In this document: positions 27,335 to 36,774 of the stretch, piece by piece | How positions within the stretch are numbered: position 1 is the stretch's first letter | How the letters are laid out: each line of letters opens with the position of its first letter | Translations under genes and position numbers: made by a program | Source: Candidatus Peribacteraceae bacterium | Lineage (GTDB): Bacteria; Patescibacteriota; Gracilibacteria; Peribacterales; Peribacteraceae | Length of the DNA: 45,500 nucleotides | Assembly (NCBI GenBank): GCA_031973095.1 | Contig: DALYDP010000001.1 | Coordinates: 1-45,500, forward strand | Reading direction: 5' to 3' | Notes under the pieces: generated by a model | What the model saw: the letters and a program-made list of their open reading frames with translations, nothing else | What the model was told of the DNA's origin: nothing | The model's database searches: none

Positions 27335-28042
27335 TCAGGATTTCCGCGCTACGTGGAAGTGCCGGACGCCGAAATTGCCGACGGACGTTTTGCCGAACAG
27401 GAACGTGAGCACGCGTTCGCCCGCGCGCGTCAGCGGGCCAAGCGGCACCATGACGAAGCGTTTGTGCAGCATGGGTTCCAGCCCGGCCGCCCGCAGCATG
27501 CGCTTCACTTCGTACGGCCACGGGAATCGGTGCGGCCCTTCGCCGTGGTCGCCGAATACGAGCCGGTAGAAGAATTCGGGCACCTCGGCCCCGCGCGGCG
27601 GCAAGCTCATGACAAGCAGGCCGTCCGGCTTCAGGACGCGCGCGACCTCAGAGAGGAATCGCTGCGGCTTGGGACAATGCTCCAGCGTCTCGAGCGACAC
27701 GACGCGGTCGAACGAATCGTCGGGGAATTCCGAGAAGTCCTCCAGGTCCGTCAGGGCGAACGATTCGTTCGGGTAACGCGTCGTGGCGATTGCCATCATC
27801 GCGGGGGAGGCTTCGCGGTTCTCGATTGAGAGGTCCGGTACCGCGCGCAACCAGGGGATCAGGCTGCCGGTGCGGGACCACACGTTTAGCACGCGCATGC
27901 CGGGCTCAAAACCGCCGAATTCCATCGCTTTCTCGAACCGCTGCGTGTGCACGTAGCCTACTTTTTCATTGTAGTCTTCATACGTGGGCGCCACGCCGTC
28001 CCAGAAGGCGCGGACCTCGGCGATGTCGAAGTGGTTGTCCAT
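27335..28042 (-). CDS. class I SAM-dependent methyltransferase
   Basis: 235 aa counted from MDNHFDIAEV, with VLNVWSRTG and ...SLETLEHCP...VLKPDGLLVMSLP. The listed 684-aa ORF continues 5' in a frame that overlaps the FrhB-like gene and is Arg-rich junk there. Confidence 0.85.
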   Translation of the reverse strand: MDNHFDIAEVRAFWDGVAPTYEDYNEKVGYVHTQRFEKAMEFGGFEPGMRVLNVWSRTGSLIPWLRAVPDLSIENREASPAMMAIATTRYPNESFALTDLEDFSEFPDDSFDRVVSLETLEHCPKPQRFLSEVARVLKPDGLLVMSLPPRGAEVPEFFYRLVFGDHGEGPHRFPWPYEVKRMLRAAGLEPMLHKRFVMVPLGPLTRAGERVLTFLFGKTSVGNFGVRHFHVARKS

Positions 28043-28044
28043 GG

Positions 28045-29391
28045 TCAGCGTGGGGGGATCGGGCGGAGGCGGAACCGCAGGGTGTCGAGCCCGGAACTTT
28101 TCGTGGATTTCGTCGATTTCTTCCAGATTTTGCGCGCGTGGACGAAGGTCGTGCCGATGAGCGCGACGGGCACTCGTTCGAGGATCCAGATCGTGAGGGG
28201 GAGGTGGAACGACCACACGACGAAGCCGAAGAACGTTTCGAACGCCCTGCGCCGGATCGTGATGTTCGTCGGCTCGTACCCGTATTCCGGCACCGGCAGC
28301 CCGCGCCTGCGCCGCCGCGCGATGCGGATGAACGACCCGCGTTTCTTCACGTCCAGGCCGAGCGAGTGCATGTTGATGAGCTCCGGCTCCGTGATTTCGT
28401 CGAGCATGAGAACTCCCTCCTTCCGCATCTTCTCGATGAGTTCGAGCCCCTTTTTCGTGCGGGCGAGCACGACCGACCACCCCTTCCCGCGCTCCTCGTA
28501 CACTGGCGCCCACGCGTCGCCGCACGAGAGGTCCGCGAGCTCCGCCATGTAGTCGACCTGCCATAGCGAGTACGGCGTGACGTGCGACGGGCTCAGGTAG
28601 TTGGCGTAGAACTTCGGCACGGTGACGAAGTCCCCGTCCGTGAAATCGATGCGCAGGTGCCCCGGCCATTCGCCCGCGCGGAAGGCAAGTTTTGAGATGT
28701 TCCTCAGGTCCTTTCGGCCGTGCGCGCGCAGCAAACTGCGGACCGCGCTGAAGCCCAGGGTTTCGCCGTAGAACATGCCGAGCACGTACGACACGGGCGC
28801 GACGCTCGGGTGCCCCATGCGCTGAAGGATCCTGACTGACGCGATCTGCTCGGGCAGGCTGGTGTACGCGACCGAGCGGTGGACGCCCGGAAGCTCGGCG
28901 AGGATTTGGTTCACGGGCGCCACGGTGTACTTGCTCTGCGCGCCTTCGCGTATCTCCGCTTCCGTCTTCGCGACCAGCGGTTCGGTCAGGTACGGCACGT
29001 CGCGGCGCATGCGCAGGGTTACCGCGCCGTCGACCTTTCCCGTGCGTAGCAGGTATGCCTGCGTGGCGCTGAGGATGCCGCCGGAAGAGCCGCCGCGGCG
29101 CATCGTCTCGTCCGTCGCGTGGCCGACGTAGATTTTTTCGTAGTGGCCCACGAGCCAACTGCACGGTTGGCGGCCGAACACGAAGTCGTTGAGGGCGGGA
29201 TAGTCCGCGCCGCGGTCCGTGTTCGCCGCGTACGACGCTTCGGGAACGTCGCAGGCGCCGGTGTTCTTCACTGCGTAGTCGCCGTCGTGCTCTTCCAGCG
29301 CCAGTGCGCCGCCGGATACGCCGACCTCCGTCCCCGAGCGTGAATACAGCTCGGTATCGAGGATTTCCCGGCGGAGTTTTTCCCACCACAT
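28045..29391 (-). CDS. coenzyme F420 hydrogenase/dehydrogenase beta-subunit-like protein (FrhB/FdhB family)
   Basis: Has the GGSSGGILSA motif and the C-terminal ...ADLSCGDAW motif typical of the family. A hydrophobic, basic tail follows. TATCCT (29400-29405, minus sense) lies 8 nt before the ATG. Confidence 0.8.
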   Translation of the reverse strand: MWWEKLRREILDTELYSRSGTEVGVSGGALALEEHDGDYAVKNTGACDVPEASYAANTDRGADYPALNDFVFGRQPCSWLVGHYEKIYVGHATDETMRRGGSSGGILSATQAYLLRTGKVDGAVTLRMRRDVPYLTEPLVAKTEAEIREGAQSKYTVAPVNQILAELPGVHRSVAYTSLPEQIASVRILQRMGHPSVAPVSYVLGMFYGETLGFSAVRSLLRAHGRKDLRNISKLAFRAGEWPGHLRIDFTDGDFVTVPKFYANYLSPSHVTPYSLWQVDYMAELADLSCGDAWAPVYEERGKGWSVVLARTKKGLELIEKMRKEGVLMLDEITEPELINMHSLGLDVKKRGSFIRIARRRRRGLPVPEYGYEPTNITIRRRAFETFFGFVVWSFHLPLTIWILERVPVALIGTTFVHARKIWKKSTKSTKSSGLDTLRFRLRPIPPR

Positions 29392-29407
29392 GCCCTAGGA
29401 GGATAGC

Positions 29408-30280
29408 TTACTTCCCGCCGATTTCCCGGCGGATCGCGGCGATTTGGTCGGCCAAGAGGCCGAACAGGAACGTAAGGCTCGTGAGCGTGAAGAGGGCGAT
29501 GGCGCTCTTGTTGGTGAAGCTGCCGGTCAGGTTCCATTCGTAGGCCATGTCCGTCGCGGTGAGCAGCGCGAAGAACACACTCGCGGGTAGGAAGATGCGG
29601 AGCGGGGAGAACAGCATCATGAGCCGTACGATGAGCATGAACGTCTTCACAGCGTCCTTCGGGCCCACGGTGCTCGTGCCGGTGACGGCGCGTTTTTGGA
29701 TCTTCACCGGCACGTACACGACGTTTAGCCCTGCGCGGAAGAAGCACACCGTGCTCGTGGTCGATAGCGAGAAGCCGTGCGGGAACAGGTGCATGTACTT
29801 CAGGAAGTCTTCCCTGCGGAACGCGCGCAGGCCTGAGTTCAGGTCGGGGATCGTCGTGCCTGTCATCGCGTTGGCGACCTTTGCTAGGAGCCACTTTCCC
29901 GGGCGGCGGATCCACGGCCCCTCGTACTTTTCGCGTTTACCGACCACCATGTTGTTCGGCTCCTTGCAGTGTTCCAGCATCAGATGCAGCAGGTCCGGCG
30001 TGTGCTGACCGTCGGCGTCGTAGGTGATGCACCACTTGGTCGAAGCCGCGCGCATGCCGGTCTTCAGTGCCGCGCCGTAACCCTTGTTGTACGGGTGCGA
30101 GAGCAGTCGCACGCCCGGCACCGCGGAGACGGCCGCGGCCGTGCCGTCGGTCGATCCGTCGTTCACGACAATGACTTCCCCGTCGAGTGCGTGCGCCTTC
30201 AAATAATTTGCCAGCGAACGCAGGGCGTCGCCGATCGCGGATTCCTCATTAAAAGCCGGAATGATGATGGAAAAATGCAT
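29408..30280 (-). CDS. glycosyltransferase family 2 with C-terminal TM helices (GtrB/ArnC/DPM-synthase-like)
   Basis: Has IIIPAFNEE, VVNDGSTDGT, the YDADGQH DXD motif and two C-terminal hydrophobic helices. TAGTAT (30288-30293, minus sense) lies 7 nt before the ATG. Confidence 0.9.
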   Translation of the reverse strand: MHFSIIIPAFNEESAIGDALRSLANYLKAHALDGEVIVVNDGSTDGTAAAVSAVPGVRLLSHPYNKGYGAALKTGMRAASTKWCITYDADGQHTPDLLHLMLEHCKEPNNMVVGKREKYEGPWIRRPGKWLLAKVANAMTGTTIPDLNSGLRAFRREDFLKYMHLFPHGFSLSTTSTVCFFRAGLNVVYVPVKIQKRAVTGTSTVGPKDAVKTFMLIVRLMMLFSPLRIFLPASVFFALLTATDMAYEWNLTGSFTNKSAIALFTLTSLTFLFGLLADQIAAIRREIGGK

Positions 30281-30310
30281 CGAACGGATACTAGGGGCCG
30301 TTGCCGTCGC

Positions 30311-31222
30311 CTACAAGCGCTCCTGCGGGTGCGCGACGCCTTTCACCCAGTACCATCCGCCGATCACGCTGCTGAGAACGATGCTCACGAACATCAGGAA
30401 CGATAGGGCGACCGCCTGCGCCGGAGCCAGGCCGTATGGTGCGAGGAGGACGACCAGCGTGGCGTCGCGGGTGCCCAGGCCCGAGGGGGCCACGGGGAGT
30501 AGCGCGACGATGCCCGCCAGGATGACCGCGGAGACGAGTGCTCCCGCCGGCGGGGCGAGGCCGATGCTCCACGCCAACAGGACAGCCCAGCTGCAGTACA
30601 CAAGCCACGAGGCTGCGGTGAGCGCAGTGATGCCTGCGAGCAGGAGCGGCCGACGGAGGAGAGACTGGAGGAATGCCATCCACGTGAACGCGCTGTTTGC
30701 CGAACGCAGGCGGAACGCTAGGAGTGTTGCCGCCAGGATGCCCAGGGCGCACACCGTGAGGCATACGAGGAACCATTGGGCGCCGAACAGGATGCCCGCC
30801 GCCGCGAGCGCCAGGATCGCGATGACGACCACGTCGAAGACGCGGTCGACGAGCACCGCGGCGAGCGCGACCCCCGTGGCGACGCCGTGGGTTTTCAGAT
30901 ACCCGACGCGCCCAAATTCGCCGACCTTCCCCGGAGTGATCATCCCGAGGAACGTGCCGACGTTGTAGGTTTCCCACGAGTAGCGGAAGCGCGGAGTCAA
31001 TCCAGCCACCTTCACGAGCTCGTGCCACCGCGCGACCTTGAGGACGTACGAGAGCATGAGCAGGATGAGCGACATCACGAAAATGCTCGGGTCGATCGAC
31101 CGGAGATTCTCCACCAGCGCCGCGCGGTCGATGTCCGCCAGCAGCCACAGGAACAGCAGGATGCCGAGGACTTTCAGCAACGGGCTCGCCCGGCGGAGGA
31201 GGGGGTGCGACGCGATGGGCAA
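30311..31222 (-). CDS. LPG-synthase-TM / UPF0104 flippase-like membrane protein
   Basis: Multi-TM protein with ...RWHELV...TPGKVGEF.R, typical of the family. The start is uncertain: a TTG at 31222 or an in-frame TTG at 31180. Confidence 0.75.
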   Translation of the reverse strand: MPIASHPLLRRASPLLKVLGILLFLWLLADIDRAALVENLRSIDPSIFVMSLILLMLSYVLKVARWHELVKVAGLTPRFRYSWETYNVGTFLGMITPGKVGEFGRVGYLKTHGVATGVALAAVLVDRVFDVVVIAILALAAAGILFGAQWFLVCLTVCALGILAATLLAFRLRSANSAFTWMAFLQSLLRRPLLLAGITALTAASWLVYCSWAVLLAWSIGLAPPAGALVSAVILAGIVALLPVAPSGLGTRDATLVVLLAPYGLAPAQAVALSFLMFVSIVLSSVIGGWYWVKGVAHPQERL

Positions 31223-31253
31223 ATCCTACCCGATTCCGTGGTATTGTGCTGCC

Positions 31254-32819
31254 ATGCGTCCGCACCCGCTCGGCCTTCCCGCGCATTCTGCCCTCCTCGC
31301 GCTCTTCTGCGCGGCGTGCGTGTGTGTTTGGATGGCGCCCGTGCTGCTTGCGGGATTCCCGTACATGTTCACGTCCATCGTGAAGTCTGTGCACCTTGGC
31401 GAGCCAAACGTCGTGAACCCGCTGTTCGCGCTGCTCGTTAAAGTGCTGCTTCCCGTCGTCGACTGGCGCAACGCGACGTCGTGGGCGCTCGTCAGCGCCG
31501 TCACCTTCGCGCTCACCATGATCCCGTTGTGGTGGAGCATCCGCCGGTCGTTCGGCATGCCCACCGCGTGGGCCACGATCGCCGTGTTCGCGTTCATGCC
31601 CATGCACTGGCGCCTCGCCATCGAGACGGGGTATTACCCACTGGCCCTCCTCTGCCTTTTCACCGGCTTCGTGTTCTACCTCGCGCTCGTGGATCGTAAC
31701 CGTTTCGCCGCCGTCGCGGCGCTAGGCCTGTGCTTCGGTCTCACGTGTGCGACCAGTCATGCGTTCGTCACGTTCCTGCCGTGGTTCGTCCTGTCGTATG
31801 CCTGGCTGAACCGCGCGCGATGGCCGCGTGCTTTGACCGAACTGCTCCTTTGCGGGTTTTGCGCCTACGCTTCGTTCGTTTTACTGCTTTTGCCGACCGG
31901 CTCGCTCCTTCCGGTGGAGGAAAACCTCCTCCCCGCGGAAGAAGTCTACGGCGACAGGTACGCGTACGATCACTTGCGCGATGATTTCGACGCCCGGGCC
32001 GCCGCGCGCGCGGCCGAAGGCGGGTTCTTCGCGGCGCGTGACAACGAGCATTTCCGCATCAACTACGATCCCGGGTCGTTCTCTGCCGCGCACGTGTTCC
32101 TCAATGGCGCGTGGCTCTTTGGCAACTCGCTTGCGTCGCTCTTCATGCAGGAGACCGTCGGCGGGGCGTTCCTCTGGCTCTTCATCGGTCTCGGCATCAC
32201 GTCGTTATACCGCGCACGCCGGCATGAACTTTTCCTGATGCTCGGCCTCTGGCTCTCGATGGAACTCGTCATCCGGTTCGGGTTCCACTATGGGCGCATT
32301 CACCTCATGAACGTCGGCTGGGTCGTCGCGCTCCTGGCCGGATCGGGGATCGTTGCCGCGGCGGGCGGCCTCAAGGACGTCCTGCGGCTCCGTGGCGCGG
32401 GTTTCCTCGCCATCGCCATCGCCGCCGTCGTCGTGGTACAGCTCGGTCAAGCCAACCGTTCCATGTTCGCGGGGGAGTATTCGCGCAGCCGCTTGCCCCG
32501 CGCGTACGCCGCCGCCGAGGCAGTGGAGGACCTTCCCGCCGACGCCGTCCTTGCCCAGCCGCGCGACGAGAGCCTGTTGCTTTTCACCGATCGCGTCCCC
32601 GTTGTTTTGCAGGACGAAACGCTCGACGTGCTCGCCGCGCGGGGCGAAGTCGCCGATCCGTTCCGTCGGTACGGTATCACGCACGCGGTCGGGTACGACG
32701 AGGAGCATGCAGCGCTCATCCGCGCCGCTTCCACGGACGTCACGATCGTCGACGTGCCCGCGGGTTCCGGCGTGCCGCTCACGCCGTTCGTCCGGTATGT
32801 CTTGAACGTCCTTCGCTGA
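31254..32819 (+). CDS. polytopic membrane protein with a C-terminal soluble domain, putative GT-C-like glycosyltransferase or polymerase
   Basis: 521 aa counted from MRPHPLG, with at least 10 hydrophobic helices. TATTGT (31242-31247, preceded by TGg) lies 6 nt before the ATG. The ORF is open 5' to 31038. Confidence 0.7.
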   Translation: MRPHPLGLPAHSALLALFCAACVCVWMAPVLLAGFPYMFTSIVKSVHLGEPNVVNPLFALLVKVLLPVVDWRNATSWALVSAVTFALTMIPLWWSIRRSFGMPTAWATIAVFAFMPMHWRLAIETGYYPLALLCLFTGFVFYLALVDRNRFAAVAALGLCFGLTCATSHAFVTFLPWFVLSYAWLNRARWPRALTELLLCGFCAYASFVLLLLPTGSLLPVEENLLPAEEVYGDRYAYDHLRDDFDARAAARAAEGGFFAARDNEHFRINYDPGSFSAAHVFLNGAWLFGNSLASLFMQETVGGAFLWLFIGLGITSLYRARRHELFLMLGLWLSMELVIRFGFHYGRIHLMNVGWVVALLAGSGIVAAAGGLKDVLRLRGAGFLAIAIAAVVVVQLGQANRSMFAGEYSRSRLPRAYAAAEAVEDLPADAVLAQPRDESLLLFTDRVPVVLQDETLDVLAARGEVADPFRRYGITHAVGYDEEHAALIRAASTDVTIVDVPAGSGVPLTPFVRYVLNVLR

Positions 32820-34037
32820 TCATGCGGCGTAGAGTGCTTCGAGACGATCGAGGTGCGTTTCGACGTCGAATAGCTCCCGCGCCCGCGCCTGACCGGCCTC
32901 GCCGAAGCGCTTCGCTTTGTCCGGATGTTGCAACAGGTCGAGGAGGTGCCCGGCGTACGTCGTGGTATCCCGCGGATCGCAGATGTATCCCGTTTCGCCG
33001 TGTTCGATCACTTCCGGCGTGCCGCCGAAACGCGTGCCGACGACGGGCGTGCCGCACGCCTGTGCCTCCAGGTTCATCATGTTGAAGGTGTCGAGGCAGA
33101 GGGACGGCGTCGTGGCGACGTCGGCGGCGTGGAAAGCGCGCCGCACGTCGTCGGCGCCCAGCCACCCCGTGCAGCGGACGAAGGCGGAGAGCCGCCGGGC
33201 GTCGGGTTCCCTCGACGCGAATTCGTCGTAGCGTTCCTTCTCGCCGATCACGAGGAGTATGATATTTGGAACGGTGTGGCGCGCGACGTCGAGCGCGGCA
33301 AAGATTTCGCGGATGCCTTTGTCTTCGCTGAGGCGGCCGCCGAATAGGACGACGCGCTTGTCTTCCAGGCCGTGCTTCCGCGCGAAGTCCGCGAGGTTCG
33401 TCGGTTCTCCGGCCCACTGCGCCACGTCGATCGCGTTGTGGAGGACCTCCGTGTTGCCGATGCCGTTTTGGTGCAGCGCTTCTTCCAGCGCCGCGCTGAC
33501 GGGAAGGACCTTCGCGGCGTTCCCGAGCGCTTTCCGGATGCAGGCGTTCCGGAAGGGATTCCACGTTACGCCAGCCGCCGCGATTTGGTCGGCGACGGTT
33601 ACACGGCAATCGGCACCGCCCGAATCCAGGTAGCGCTTCGTCGCGAGGCGGCGGTACGAAAAGCTCATCACGTCGTGGAGCGAGACGAACACCTTGCTGG
33701 TCTGCTTCCGTGCGAGGCGGAGGAAATTGTACGTCAGGTACGTGTGCAGGTTGTGCGCGTGGACGACGTCCGGCCGAAAGCCGTCGAGTACGTTCGCGAC
33801 GAGTCCGTTCACTGCCGGGTTCCAGATGCCGAGGTGCGGCCGCAGGCTTTGCCGGTATGACACGGGGATGCTGGCCACGCCGGGGTTGGAGGCGTGGGGA
33901 TCCGCTTCGCCCGCGCGGTGCGTCGTAAGAACCTTCACGTCGTGCCCGCGTGCTTCCAGGCCTTTCCGCGCTTGCGCCACCAGGAACGAGCTCGCGCCGC
34001 GCTGGCCGTACTTGTCGTTTGCGAGGAGGATTTTCAT
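32820..34037 (-). CDS. glycosyltransferase family 4 (GT-B)
   Basis: MKILLANDKYGQRGASSF..., with the ...GGRLSEDKG... and ...EAQACGTPVVGTRFGGTPEVI...G region. An ATGA overlap links it to wzx. Confidence 0.9.
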   Translation of the reverse strand: MKILLANDKYGQRGASSFLVAQARKGLEARGHDVKVLTTHRAGEADPHASNPGVASIPVSYRQSLRPHLGIWNPAVNGLVANVLDGFRPDVVHAHNLHTYLTYNFLRLARKQTSKVFVSLHDVMSFSYRRLATKRYLDSGGADCRVTVADQIAAAGVTWNPFRNACIRKALGNAAKVLPVSAALEEALHQNGIGNTEVLHNAIDVAQWAGEPTNLADFARKHGLEDKRVVLFGGRLSEDKGIREIFAALDVARHTVPNIILLVIGEKERYDEFASREPDARRLSAFVRCTGWLGADDVRRAFHAADVATTPSLCLDTFNMMNLEAQACGTPVVGTRFGGTPEVIEHGETGYICDPRDTTTYAGHLLDLLQHPDKAKRFGEAGQARARELFDVETHLDRLEALYAA

Positions 34038-35353
34038 GCGTGGGGGGCAGACAGGCGAAGGAAGATGTACGCATTGATCCACAGCCCCATGCCCAGGTTG
34101 ACGCCGATGATCGCCACGAACGCGTACACGGGGTCGATGAACCGCATGAGGACCGCAAGGAGGACGAACTCGAGCGGCAACGACACGGCGTTCCAGATCG
34201 CGGCGAGGTGCGTCTTGCGGCGCAGGCGCAAGAACGGCGAGTTGAGCACGTTGAGCGCGCTGATGCCGAGAATCGCTGTGAGCCAGACGATCGGCCAGCG
34301 CAGCGATTCGTACTCGGCGCCGTACAGCAGCACGGCGACGGAGGGGAGTATCGCCATGCCCAGCAGCGTTCCCGCCCCGTGGACGACGACCGAGTGCTTG
34401 ATGATCGAGATGCAGCGCTTGCGGAGCATCGCCGGCCCTTCCGCCTGGATCGCGGGGAGCATCGTCGAGGCCATGCGTCCGACGTGCGGCAGGAAGAAGC
34501 TGCTGGGGAGGGTCGCGACCTTGAAAGCCAACTGTGCGAGGCCAACGACTTCCTTGGTCGCGAAGAGGCTCATGACGAACAGAAAGCCCTGGGGGAAGAG
34601 CTTGCCCATGTTCTTATCGAGCGCAATCCACAGGCCTTGCAGGAACAGGTCTCCCACGGACTGCGTGTTCGCCATCGATTCGCGCACGCCGGGGAAGGGG
34701 AAACGTTTTCGCAGGCCGTGGTAGTCGACGACGTAGATGCTGATCATGACCAGGTTGCCCAGCACTGCGCCCAGCAGCATGCCCGGCACGCCGAAGCCGG
34801 CCGCGAGCAGCGCGATTGACATGCCGAATTGCAGCACCTGGTTCACGTTCTCGAAGACAGCAATTTTCCGGATGTTCCGCGTGACCTGCAAAAACATCAG
34901 GAAGAGGCCGTCGAACGACCCGACGATCACGCCGAGCAGTGCGATGCGCGCGACTTCGCCGAGGTGCCTGTCGGCGTACATCCAGTCGGTCAGAAGCGGC
35001 GTGAGGATCATGAGCGCCACGACCGTCGACACCGCGAAGACCGTGAGGATGACGAAGTACTTGATGACGCGTTTCATTTTTTCCGCGTCCTTCAGGCTAT
35101 AGGCTTCCGCGAAAAAGGTGAGAGCTGCTTGGTTTTGGCCCAGGTTCACGACGGTCGTGAGCGTGCCGACGAACACCAGGACGACGGAGTATTCGCCCCA
35201 TCCGCTGAGGCCGAGCATGCGCGCGATGACGATCGACCGCACGAACCCGAGGCACATCCCGAGGGCACTGCCGACCTGGAGGGTCAGGACGTTTTGGGCG
35301 AACCGCGAATGCCACAAGTATCCGGCCATGCCAGTGATGCGCCGCACGGACAT
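34034..35353 (-). CDS. wzx: Wzx-type oligosaccharide flippase (MOP superfamily polysaccharide biosynthesis protein)
   Basis: About 12 TM helices and an N-terminal ...ARMLG..GWGEY pattern. The start at 35353 lies 6 nt after TGgCATACT (35360-35365, minus sense). The ORF is open to 35380. Confidence 0.82.
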   Translation of the reverse strand: MSVRRITGMAGYLWHSRFAQNVLTLQVGSALGMCLGFVRSIVIARMLGLSGWGEYSVVLVFVGTLTTVVNLGQNQAALTFFAEAYSLKDAEKMKRVIKYFVILTVFAVSTVVALMILTPLLTDWMYADRHLGEVARIALLGVIVGSFDGLFLMFLQVTRNIRKIAVFENVNQVLQFGMSIALLAAGFGVPGMLLGAVLGNLVMISIYVVDYHGLRKRFPFPGVRESMANTQSVGDLFLQGLWIALDKNMGKLFPQGFLFVMSLFATKEVVGLAQLAFKVATLPSSFFLPHVGRMASTMLPAIQAEGPAMLRKRCISIIKHSVVVHGAGTLLGMAILPSVAVLLYGAEYESLRWPIVWLTAILGISALNVLNSPFLRLRRKTHLAAIWNAVSLPLEFVLLAVLMRFIDPVYAFVAIIGVNLGMGLWINAYIFLRLSAPHA

Positions 35354-35357
35354 GCCG

Positions 35358-36077
35358 TCAGTATGCCAGAAGATCCGCATTCGTTCCGTGGGTCACCGGC
35401 GCCGCTGCCGCGTGTGCGAGGAACGCCTCGAACGGCTCCCACATGCCGTAATGGTCGATTTCCCAGCTGTGCCCCCGCAGGTGGAACCATGGTTCACCCC
35501 GCGCCAGGGCGGCGTCGAAGAGGGTGGTGGCCATGGGGAGCCACCCGCGCCACGCGACCATCGGCACGCCCAACCTGCGTAGCTCGGGAGCCCAGCGTCG
35601 TACTGGTTCGAACGCGCGGGGGTCGAGGATGGGCCGCACGGGGAATGGGTATGAGTGCAGCGTCGAGGGCATCTCGAATGTGTCCTTGTGCGAAAACCGG
35701 AAGTTCGTCGTGCCGCGAGCGCCGCGGTAGCCTGCGTCCTGCACGAAGCCCTTGATACGCTCGTCGTACTTGCCGCGCGGGTAGCAGAACATTGCGCACT
35801 CTTTCCCGAGTAGGTCCTCGAGCCATTTCTTCGAACCCGCGATTTCCTCCCGTGCTTCTGCGTCGTTCAAGGGTGGCAGGTTGCGGTGCGTCAGCGTGTG
35901 CGCGCCGATCTCCATCGTCCGCGCAAGGTCTTTGATGAATCCTTCGTCGTGCGGCCGCTCGAGGTGTTCGTGGGTTTTTGCGAAGTAGAACGTGCCCTTC
36001 GCGCCGTATTTTGAAAGCAGCGCAGCGACACGTTCGTCGGAAGGATAGCCGTCGTCCCACGAGGTCGTGAATAGCAT
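35358..36077 (-). CDS. polysaccharide deacetylase (CE4/NodB-like)
   Basis: 239 aa counted from MLFTTSWDDG, with the HTLTH metal motif. It is a paralog of 38942-39685. The ORF is open 5' to 36491 as junk. Confidence 0.82.
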   Translation of the reverse strand: MLFTTSWDDGYPSDERVAALLSKYGAKGTFYFAKTHEHLERPHDEGFIKDLARTMEIGAHTLTHRNLPPLNDAEAREEIAGSKKWLEDLLGKECAMFCYPRGKYDERIKGFVQDAGYRGARGTTNFRFSHKDTFEMPSTLHSYPFPVRPILDPRAFEPVRRWAPELRRLGVPMVAWRGWLPMATTLFDAALARGEPWFHLRGHSWEIDHYGMWEPFEAFLAHAAAAPVTHGTNADLLAY

Positions 36078-36079
36078 GG

Positions 36080-36724
36080 TCACTTCGTGCAGAGGACGTT
36101 GTACCCCATGGTGAACGCGTCCGAGGCGCCGGTGCGGTCGCGCTGGTCGCGCCACGCCGAGAGCACGGTGAGCAGCTTGTTCGCGAGCGAGTAGAGCTTG
36201 CCTACGAGGGTGCGGTCGTATAGACGGTGTTTCACGATCGCGTGCCGCGTGCGGTTCTGCCGCATCTGCACGTGGTATTTGCCGCGCGGTTCCACGGAGA
36301 CCCGCGAAAAATGTTTCCCGAGCGTCTCCGTCAGTCCCGCGTAGCCGGGTTGCCATCGGTACTGCGCATGGACGGCCGGCGTGGCCATGAAGCTGGTGGT
36401 GAGAATAAGTTTCCCGCCCGGGACCAGCACGCGCGCCATTTCCGCCATGGCCTTCGGCACGTCCGCCACGTACATCAGCACTTCGGAGCACAGGATGCCG
36501 TCCACCGAGGCGTCGTCCAGCGGGATGTCTTCCGCACCCGCCACGATGTCGGGGCCGGTGGCGGGGTCCGCGTCGAGCGTCGCGTAGGTGCTCGCGTTTA
36601 TGAAATACGACGAGTAGCGCTTGCCGTTCCCTCCGCCCACGTCCAACACCCTGCCCGCCGCGTCCGGCGCGTTCGCCCGGATGAACCGTTCGAGGTAGTC
36701 CCGGTCAGGTTGGTAAATGCGCAC
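36080..36724 (-). CDS. class I SAM-dependent methyltransferase
   Basis: Has VLDVGGGNG and ...CSEVLMYV...VLVPGGKLILTT. TGcTACAAT (36731-36736, minus sense) lies 6 nt before the GTG start. Confidence 0.85.
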   Translation of the reverse strand: MRIYQPDRDYLERFIRANAPDAAGRVLDVGGGNGKRYSSYFINASTYATLDADPATGPDIVAGAEDIPLDDASVDGILCSEVLMYVADVPKAMAEMARVLVPGGKLILTTSFMATPAVHAQYRWQPGYAGLTETLGKHFSRVSVEPRGKYHVQMRQNRTRHAIVKHRLYDRTLVGKLYSLANKLLTVLSAWRDQRDRTGASDAFTMGYNVLCTK

Positions 36725-36774
36725 GGACCGATTGTAGCAAAAGGAGGTGCTCAGAACGATGGTAGACTGGTCCC
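36725..36774. promoter_or_regulatory. 50-bp divergent promoter spacer
   Basis: TACAAT (minus sense) lies 6 nt before GTG 36724. TGgTAGACT (36763-36768) lies 6 nt before ATG 36775. Confidence 0.5.

Noticed and set aside
28043-29389. The upstream 449 codons of the 684-aa minus-strand ORF.
   Set aside because: This is Arg/Pro/Gly-rich junk in a frame overlapping the well-formed FrhB-like gene. Only the C-terminal 235 aa (27335-28042) form a methyltransferase.
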